DNA from: Eledone cirrhosa | Taxonomy: Eukaryota | NCBI GenBank assembly: GCA_964016885.1 | Contig: OZ024764.1 | Span: 17,298,001-17,362,000 of the forward strand | Reading direction: 5' to 3' | DNA: 64,000 nucleotides | In this document: positions 56,326-64,000 of the stretch, piece after piece | Position numbering within the stretch: position 1 is the first letter of the stretch | How the letters are laid out: each line of letters begins with the position of its first letter | Position numbers and translations under genes: made by a program | Notes under the pieces: generated by a model | The model's input: the letters and a program-made list of their open reading frames with translations, nothing else | Databases searched by the model: none | Told to the model about the DNA's origin: nothing

Positions 56326-58945
56326 TATATACACACAACACACACACACACATATATATATATACACACACATATATATATACACACACACACACACATA
56401 TATAGAAATACACAACACACACACACATATATACACAACACACACACACATATATACACAACACACACACACATATATAGAAATACACAACACACACACA
56501 CACATATATATATATATACACACACACACATATATACACAACACACACACACATATATACACAACACACACACACATATATATATATTCGCCCTCACACT
56601 CTCACCGTCTCTAATATATATTTTCCATATATCTGCAGCCAGCCAGTTTGACCATGGTCATCTCTCCCGGGCCGTTTGCTGTCGACTTTACGATGAACTA
56701 AACGACCTGCTGCCCCAGGGCTACCACATCAATCATCCGTGGCTATACCAGTCATTCATACCACCCGAACACGACATAGTGGACGCTCAACCGACCGAAC
56801 TCGCTCTGAACTGGGCCAGAGGACAGGACAAGATTGAGCTGACGAGTGGTTTAACTGGGAGGATTATTGCAGAGTGAGTTGTCTGCCTTGATTTATTGAT
56901 ATATACACATATATATATATATATATGTGTATATATGGTGGCTGCCAACTCGTTTTCGAGTACGGCCACTACTTTATATCCATGTAGGAGAACCCCTACG
57001 GATGCGCTGAACGAGTGTGACTTTTTACTCCAGCCAGCGACTTGAAAACTCTGGTACAAACACTACACTTGTGACAATTATTGACACATAGTGCTGGGCC
57101 CATGGTACCATGTGACGACAAGTGCAGAGAGATCTCCAGATATAAAGCAATGCCTGTGCCGTGAAGCTTTTATAGTGAGCAAAGGCACTGCACAAAGCCA
57201 GTCCCACTCTCTTAACCAAGATGATATTTACCAAAAAGAAGAACAAGTCAACATCATTGGATACCATCAGGGTTGCAGGTGTTATATCAGAGTTTTCCTT
57301 CTCCTAGAATTCTGCCTTGACAAAGGCTAAGGGGTCATCTCTCCCGGTGATTTTGGATGGCCATTGACTCTTAAGAGCTCCTTTGCCCTTTGACAGGTTT
57401 TGTTTTTAGTCCTGCAGGATGTCCAAAGTCACCCTCCTCACCAAGAAACCTTGGTGGGGTTGCCAGTTTAGTCGCCAACGACCCGACCATGAGACAGGTT
57501 GTACTGGGATACATGTTACCAGTAGCACCAACTGGTGACCTGACATACTTATATATATTGATATATACACATATATATATATTGATATATACACATATAT
57601 ATATTGGTATATACACATATATATATTGGTATATACACATATATATATATTGGTATATACACATATATATTGATATATACACATATATATATTGATATAT
57701 ACACATATATATATTGATATATACACATATATATATTGATATATACACATATATATATTGATATATACACATATATATATTGGTATATACACATATATAT
57801 ATTGATATATACACATATATATATTGATATATACACATATATATATTGATATATACACATATATATATTGATATATACACATATATATATTGATATATAC
57901 ACCAAGTGATTAGCAATTTTTAGACAACTTAATCAATGAAACAATTGTTAATACTGAAATTAAAACCCTTTTTGTACTGTTGACCATGTTATTATTCACT
58001 CTTTCACTATATATATATAGAGAGAGAGAGGTAGAACACTGGAAGGTAATATCCGTAGTGGTAGAGCACTCAGTCCATGGGACGAGTTAGGTAGAAGTGG
58101 TAACACAACAGTTAGTTCACCATACCGAGAACAATTGTTTCACCTCAGCGGATCCTCAGCTCGTAATCAAATTATATGATGAGCTGAGGATCCGCTAAGG
58201 TGAAACAATTGTTCTCGGTATGGTGAACTAACTGTTGTGTAACCACTTCTATATATATATAAATATATTATTTCTGAAGACGGCATATGTATGTGTTGGT
58301 ATGTATATTATATTTGATAGTTTGTATAATTTTGTATAATTTTGTACATAGATCTGTTGAATATGCATACCAATTCTAACACATATATGTCCTAGAAACG
58401 ATCGTTAAATAATGAACTTTTTTTGTTTAATATAAGGAACTGTTTCATTGTTTTATTCATTATTTTTTTAATACTTTATCTTGACTCTGTATTCCGTTTA
58501 TCTTTCACCGAAAGTGATTTTTGAATGCATCTCTTCTTTCCATGATATCCGGATTACATTGAGTTCTTCATACGGATTGGACACTACCGTAAACTCTTGG
58601 TAGATTTATCTACATATATATAAATATATATATATCTATACACACACACAGCTAATGTGGTCCTGTCTCTATTTTTCCTTTATATTTCTATTTCGCAGGT
58701 CCCCCACACAGAGTGGTGCTACAATGTCCAGTCGACTGTGCAAGGCAGCAATGCTCCGTCGATTCCGCCAGTACTGCGAGCAGTCACACCTCACCGATGT
58801 TGATATGGGCCTGTCCTATGGCAGGACGAAGCAATCAGCCACGAAATACCAGCAAGCCAAGACATGCTTATACGACCACTGCGTGGAGTCGTGTATCGGG
58901 GGTTGGGTCCAGAAACCAGTTGAGGCCGAAGATTTCCAGCAGTAA
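42233..58945 (+). CDS. ADAR/ADAD-like protein: 2 dsRNA-binding domains plus a catalytically degenerate adenosine-deaminase (A_deamin) domain; 12 coding exons, ~649 aa
   Basis: Exons 42233-42268, 45316-45549, 46775-46958, 47636-47792, 48680-48803, 49735-49870, 51414-51543, 52497-52664, 53198-53307, 54011-54199, 56639-56873, 58699-58945. All introns are GT-AG with compatible phases. Total 1950 nt with no internal stop. Motifs [49 protein letters not shown]. Confidence 0.93.
42661..42724 (-). ncRNA. type-I hammerhead motif (family A variant), intronic antisense
   Basis: Minus strand reads ATTTTAT-CTGATGA-AAGcgCACCAtaatttgcctTGGTGgccCTT-GAAATATGTGTA-ATAAAAT. Confidence 0.75.
42851..42923 (-). 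ncRNA. type-I hammerhead motif, intronic antisense
   Basis: Minus strand reads ATTTTAT-CTGAAGA-GAA..TTC-GAAATACGGATA-ATAAAAT. Confidence 0.6.
43118..43760 (+). mobile_element. RTE-clade LINE 3' fragment with 3'UTR and (gat)n tail
   Basis: [44 protein letters not shown]. The 3'UTR matches 21545-21845. Confidence 0.9.
44313..44764. repeat. perfect (TATG)n microsatellite, ~450 bp
   Basis: Uninterrupted tatg repeats. Confidence 0.97.
45316..45549 (+). CDS. ADAR/ADAD-like exon: N-terminus and start of dsRBD1
   Basis: ttctttcag|[34 protein letters not shown]|gtagag. Confidence 0.9.
45935..46520 (-). repeat. 85-bp tandem repeat (~6 copies) from an RTE LINE fragment
   Basis: Minus strand encodes [27 protein letters not shown] repeatedly. 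Confidence 0.85.
46775..46958 (+). CDS. ADAR/ADAD-like exon: remainder of dsRBD1
   Basis: [52 protein letters not shown]. Donor G|gtaagt. Confidence 0.93.
47636..47792 (+). CDS. ADAR/ADAD-like exon: linker and start of dsRBD2
   Basis: ..[30 protein letters not shown]. Acceptor ccctacag, donor GG|gtaagt. Confidence 0.9.
47825..48160 (+). mobile_element. CR1/L2-type LINE ORF2 C-terminal fragment in intron
   Basis: [50 protein letters not shown]. Confidence 0.85.
48680..48803 (+). CDS. ADAR/ADAD-like exon: remainder of dsRBD2
   Basis: [35 protein letters not shown]. Acceptor ttttccccag. Confidence 0.92.
49735..49870 (+). CDS. ADAR/ADAD-like exon: start of deaminase domain
   Basis: [45 protein letters not shown]. 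Acceptor tttgcag, donor G|gtgag. Confidence 0.9.
49925..50395. repeat. 48-bp intronic minisatellite (~9 copies)
   Basis: Unit accactttacagagtgtactgggtgtattatatcatgacaccaacact. Confidence 0.88.
50850..51352 (-). mobile_element. RTE-clade LINE 3' fragment, antisense in intron
   Basis: [43 protein letters not shown]. Confidence 0.88.
51414..51543 (+). CDS. ADAR/ADAD-like exon with degenerate HAE motif (reads DAA)
   Basis: [43 protein letters not shown] aligns to ADAR VxSxGTGxKC..G..LNDCHAEIxxRR. Confidence 0.93.
52497..52664 (+). CDS. ADAR/ADAD-like exon with degenerate PCGD motif (reads PSGD)
   Basis: [33 protein letters not shown]. Donor AA|gtaagt. Confidence 0.93.
53198..53307 (+). CDS. 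ADAR/ADAD-like exon (RNA-binding loop region)
   Basis: [37 protein letters not shown] resembles ADAR1 [20 protein letters not shown]. Phases 2/1 fit. Confidence 0.85.
53684..53719 (-). ncRNA. minimal hammerhead motif (family B), intronic antisense
   Basis: Exact reverse complement of 16762-16797, within a ~190-bp dispersed repeat. Confidence 0.8.
54011..54199 (+). CDS. ADAR/ADAD-like exon with degenerate MSCSDK motif (reads MSTCDK)
   Basis: [37 protein letters not shown]. Confidence 0.95.
55028..55370. repeat. near-perfect intronic palindrome: 165-bp arms, 13-nt loop, one mismatch; each arm carries a hammerhead
   Basis: 55028-55192 is the reverse complement of 55206-55370. Confidence 0.95.
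55282..55328 (+). ncRNA. type-I hammerhead ribozyme motif (sense to the host gene; mirror at 55070-55116 on -)
   Basis: TGCT-CCGAAGA-aTCCAAAC-ctcg-GTTTGGAg-GAAACA-gt-TGTA-AGCA. 7-bp stem II, GUA cleavage triplet, U4C core variant. Confidence 0.7.
56639..56873 (+). CDS. ADAR/ADAD-like exon (deaminase domain)
   Basis: [56 protein letters not shown]. Donor GA|gtgagt. Confidence 0.93.
58180..58217 (+). ncRNA. type-I hammerhead motif; inverted partner at 58126-58163 (-)
   Basis: TGAG-CTGAGGA-tCCgctaaGGt-GAAACAATTGTT-CTCG, in inverted repeat ~58100-58250. Confidence 0.6.
58268..58412 (+). ncRNA. hammerhead motif with long stem II (family C), sense in last intron
   Basis: TTATTT-CTGAAGA-cGGCATATGTatgtgTTGGTATGTATATT..AATATGCATACCAA..ACATATATGTCc-taGAAACGATCGTT-AAATAA. 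The downstream ~200 bp is the reverse complement of 7253-7465. Confidence 0.65.
58699..58945 (+). CDS. ADAR/ADAD-like terminal exon
   Basis: [43 protein letters not shown]. Acceptor tttcgcag. Confidence 0.95.
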
Positions 58946-59198
58946 GAAGAAGGGGGTTGTCGGGTATGGGTGTGGGTTCTGTAAATGCTAGACCAGCTCT
59001 TGGGGTGGTGGGGTCGGCTTAGTGGCGAAAGCGGTGGCAGTGTCTTGCTCAAGGACACAAAACATCACCCTGTCTGAGATTTGAGTATCAAATTCATATC
59101 ACCTCACGATTGTATGCCATACTAAGCCACACGCATTCACATACACACACACACACACATACATATATAAACACATATACACACATATACACATTTTA

Positions 59199-59234
<36 letters not shown>

Positions 59235-59288
59235 CACTATATATACATATATATATATATATACACACTTTATATATATACACTATAG

Positions 59289-59367
<79 letters not shown>

Positions 59368-59391
59368 ATATATATATTATATATATATGTG

Positions 59392-59461
<70 letters not shown>

Positions 59462-59488
59462 ATATATATATATATATATATATATATG

Positions 59489-59577
<89 letters not shown>

Positions 59578-59631
59578 CATATATATGTATATATATATCA
59601 TCATCATCATCATATATATATACATATTACA

Positions 59632-59683
<52 letters not shown>

Positions 59684-60013
59684 CATATTACACACATATA
59701 TATATACATACACACGCACACACTCATTTATGTATGTATATTAGCGTGGAAAAATTGACATTTAACATTGATTATGATTTATATAATAAAAATAATGAAA
59801 TTATTGTGTACAATGCTCAGGTGCACTACAACTCATCAAAGGTGCATGTATAGTACATAGAATAATGTACAAATGTCAGGGAAGCAAACAGTGTATGAGT
59901 CATGATATACACACAGATACATGAGTGTGTGTGTATGGAGGGGGAATATCAGGTGTAGTGCTGGGGAAGGGAGGTTTTAAATATATACACATATGTATGT
60001 ATGTATATGTATG

Positions 60014-60046
<33 letters not shown>

Positions 60047-60103
60047 ATATATATGTATGTATGTATATATATATGTATGTATGTATATATATATGTATAT
60101 ATG

Positions 60104-60154
<51 letters not shown>

Positions 60155-60205
60155 GTGTATATATATATATATGTATATATATATATGTATATATATATAT
60201 ATGTG

Positions 60206-60237
<32 letters not shown>

Positions 60238-60297
60238 CGTATATATATATGTATGTATATATATATGTATGTATATATATATGTATGTATATATATA

Positions 60298-60370
<73 letters not shown>

Positions 60371-60384
60371 GTATATATATATAT

Positions 60385-60459
<75 letters not shown>

Positions 60460-60551
60460 CGTATATATATATGTACGTATATATATATGTATGTATATAT
60501 ATATGTATGTATATATATATGTATGTATATATATATGTATGTATATATATA

Positions 60552-60676
<125 letters not shown>

Positions 60677-60678
60677 GT

Positions 60679-60712
<34 letters not shown>

Positions 60713-60723
60713 ATATATATATG

Positions 60724-60758
<35 letters not shown>

Positions 60759-60907
60759 ATATATATATATATATGTATATATATACGTATATATGTATAT
60801 ATATATATATATGTATGTGTATATATATATATATGTGTGTGTGTGTAAAGACATTTTTTCCAATTCCATCCCGCCCGTTCATTCAATCTATTTTATTTCT
60901 CATTCTT

Positions 60908-60943
60908 TCTTCTGATGAAGGACTAGCGTCCGAAACGTTAAGA
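60908..60943 (+). ncRNA. minimal hammerhead motif (family B)
   Basis: Identical to 16762-16797. Confidence 0.8.
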
Positions 60944-61004
60944 CCCTCTTCCTGCTATTTTAAGCGTTAACCTAATATATACCTTCCATATACTGTACCG
61001 ATTG

Positions 61005-61045
<41 letters not shown>

Positions 61046-61496
61046 ACACATATATATATATATGTGTACACACTCGTATATATATATATATAAATGTATA
61101 TATATATATGTATATATATATATGTGTGTGTATATACAGGGTGTCTCCCAAAAATGTATACTTTTTGGGGGACACCCGGTATATATATATATATGCCTGT
61201 GTGTATATATAAATATACATGTGTATGTCTTTAAAATGTATGTATCCTTTACACTAAGTGCATGTATATATATATATATGTGTGTATATATGTATATATA
61301 TATATGTGTGTGTGTGTGTGTCTTTACAGAATATACACTCTCTACACACCAAGTGGGTGTATATACGTTTATATCAAAGTTATTATACATTCTTTGAATT
61401 GATTTTATGATAAATGAAATATTTTTGTCTGTTTTTCCGTGTTGTTTTTTTCTTATTTGGTGTGTGTATATATATATATCATTATATGTGTATATA

Positions 61497-62512
61497 TTGG
61501 GCGGGTAAAATTCCCGAGATCCATGGACGACTTCCCTCCAGTGGTCTCTGTCCCTCGTTATAGCTGCTATGTCCTGCGTCTCCAACGGACCAGTGTCTGC
61601 CCTTAGGGCATCAACATATGTTAACCTCAGTTTTCCTCTTCCAGTGTGTCCATGTAGGGGCTCCCACAGGAGCACTGAGTGCAGTGTCAACTCTGGATGT
61701 CGGTGAGCATGTCCAGCTAACCTCAGTCTCCCTCTTCCAGTGTGTCCATGTAGGGGCTCCCACAGGAGCACTGAGTGCAGTGTCAACTCTGGATGTCGGT
61801 GAGCATGTCCAGCTAACCTCAGTTTCCCCCTTCCAGTGTGTCCATGTAGGGGCTCCCACAGGAGCACTGAGTGCAGTGTCAACTCTGGATGTCGGTGAGC
61901 ATGTCCAGCTAACCTCAGTCTCCCTCTTCCAGTGTGTCCATGTAGGGGCTCCCACAGGAGCACTGAGTGCAGTGTCAACTCTGGATGTCGGTGAGCATGT
62001 CCAGCTAACCTCAGTCTCCTCTGTGTCACTCTCGAGCTGACTTTTGGGAGGCTCCCGTACAGCTCTGAGTTCTTCATCCTCAGTGTATACTGATTAATGT
62101 TCAGAGCCATCCTCAGCATTCTCGTGTAGCACCCATCCACCATCTGAGTGAGTTTCTTGGTCAGTGTTCAAGTCTCAGACCCGTACAGCAGCACAGACTC
62201 CACTACAGCAATGAAGAGGCGGATTTTCAGGTCTTTACGAAGGTCCGACTTCCTCCACACCGATCTCGGCTCAGAGCAGGAGAGTTAAGGCGAAAAAGAT
62301 ATGAGATGCTGAATTTGCCGACGACATAGTTCTGATGACAAATACAGTGAAGGAGGCAGGAGGTGGAGACCGTGTCGAGTGTGGGGCTGAGAATGAATGA
62401 GAGTAAGACGAAATATCTGGTAGAGAGTGTTGAGAAGCCAGAAGGGATCACTAATGTAGCAGGAAGCTGCTAGAATTGGTTGAGGACTTCGTGTATTTGG
62501 AAGCAAAGCTTG
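61497..62512 (-). mobile_element. RTE-like LINE insertion with inverted 5' segment and an in-frame 99-bp tandem repeat (x4)
   Basis: Minus strand 61500-62220 encodes LFIAVVESVLLYGSET..DGCYTRMLRMAL..RRLRLAGH. Plus strand 62226-62510 encodes RT motifs (FADDIVL, GLRMNESKTKY, EDFVYLG). The flanks share tatatatatatcattatatgtg. Confidence 0.8.
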
Positions 62513-62789
62513 GGGGTGTGCGTATATATATATATCATTATATGTGTGTGTGGATTGGCAGTATCGGAAGAGAGTCAGACACCATGCTTTGCAGCAAAGA
62601 GTTACGTCCCTTTACGATCTGAGTTCAAATCCCGCCGAGGTTGACTTTGCCTTTCATCCTTATGGGGTCGATAAAACAAAGTACCAGTAATGCACTGGGT
62701 AATTGCTAGCCTTGTGCCTGAAGTAGAAACAATTATTTGTGTGTATATATAGTGGCGGACTGGCCAGATTGCCCAATGACAAGTGGGCA

Positions 62790-64000
62790 CCAGGGTAGCA
62801 TTGCAAGAGGCCACAGTAGCATTGCAGGGCTCACTGTAGTATTTTAGGGGCCAATGCTTTGCTTTAAAAAACACCCTGAAATCTAAGAGAAAGAATAAAA
62901 TTAAAATAAAACAATTAAGCAAAGTATTTGGTCAACCAATTCCCCGGGAATTACTGGAAACCATAATATATGATAGGGCAAATAGCTAGAATCAGTGGTT
63001 GTACATTCTACTAAATGTAAAGCTTAAGTATTCATGCATGCAAACATACAACACACACACATATATATATAGATAAATAGATGTGAAACAAAACGAGGAA
63101 GTAGTTTATTGAACACCCAAATGATTTAGACGTCGACCTTAAGTAGGAGCAATAAGATTAAGGAAGACACGAACGACACCGCAACACTTGTTTTGAAAAT
63201 TTTGAAAGTAGGTTTATAAGTATGAATTTTCCTAAGATTTTTGTAGTTGTCTCTGTAGCCTAGCGGTAAGTACTGGAAACGGTGGAGATCCTGGTTCTGG
63301 GTTCAATCCTGGTGGAGAGTTACATGAAACCTTTTTTCAGTTTTTATTTTTCAAACCATAGAAAAAAAACTGAAAAGGTTTACTGGGAACCCTACCAGGA
63401 TTGAACTTCAGACCAGGATCACCACTGACTGTGTGTCTCCCAACTAGGCCACCGAGACATCTACTAAAGTAAAAGGAAAATTGATAATTATAAACCTACT
63501 TTCAAAATCAAAGTTAAAAAGATGTGGTGTTGTTCATGACTTTCCTAGAGCTATTAGCCCCAGGGTAGCATTGCAAGAGGCCACAGTAGCATTGCAGGGC
63601 TCACTGTAGTATTTTAGGGGCCAATGCTTTGCTTTAAAAAACACCCTGAAATCTAAGAGAAAGAATAAAATTAAAATAAAACAATTAAGCAAAGTATTTG
63701 GTCAACCAATTCCCCGGGAATTACTGGAAACCATAATATATGATAGTGCAAATAGCTAGAATCAGTGGTTGCACATTCTACTAAATCTAAAGCTTAAGTA
63801 TTCATGCATGCAAACATACAACACACACACATATATATATATATAGATAAATAGATGTGAAACAAAACGAGGAAGTAGTTTATGGAACACCCAAATGATT
63901 TAGAAGTCGACCTTAAGTAGGAGCAATAAGATTAAGGAAGACACGAACGACACCACAACACTTTGGTTTGAAAATTTTGAAAGTAGGTTTATAAGTATGA
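62790..64000. repeat. ~770-bp tandem duplication containing an internal diverged inverted repeat of tRNA/SINE-head-like sequence
   Basis: ccagggtagcattgcaagaggcc occurs at 62790 and 63560, with near-identity continuing to the window end. Inverted arms at ~63200-63510. Confidence 0.85.

Noticed and set aside
42233-58945. Calling the gene ADAR1 or ADAR2 (an active editase), or a pseudogene
   Set aside because: No Z-alpha domain is seen and the HAE/PCGD/SCSDK residues are replaced, so it is not an active ADAR. The frame and all splice sites are intact, so it is not a pseudogene.
63249-63320. tRNA gene
   Set aside because: A/B-box-like motifs only. No convincing cloverleaf could be drawn, so it is treated as SINE-like.

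Overview
Eukaryotic, AT-rich, microsatellite-dense animal DNA. The SINE/LINE repertoire and (TA)n/(CA)n density suggest a coleoid cephalopod, probably an octopus (inference). Three protein genes are supported: (1) an RFXAP-like single-ORF gene (21974-23203, -); (2) DPH3 (29928-30179, -); (3) a 12-coding-exon ADAR/ADAD-like gene (42233-58945, +, about 649 aa) with two dsRNA-binding domains and a deaminase domain that has lost all three Zn ligands and the catalytic Glu. The rest is RTE/CR1 LINE fragments, tRNA-derived SINEs, mariner/MITE remnants, a non-autonomous Helitron, TE-derived minisatellites and microsatellites. The main unannotated signal is about 18 type-I hammerhead-ribozyme motifs from several families. 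They sit next to (TA)n tracts, often as inverted (fold-back) pairs, as expected for Penelope-like-element terminal repeats. Several lie inside introns of the ADAR-like gene. Almost all long ORFs in the supplied track are microsatellite artefacts. All coordinates were read by eye and may be off by a few bases.
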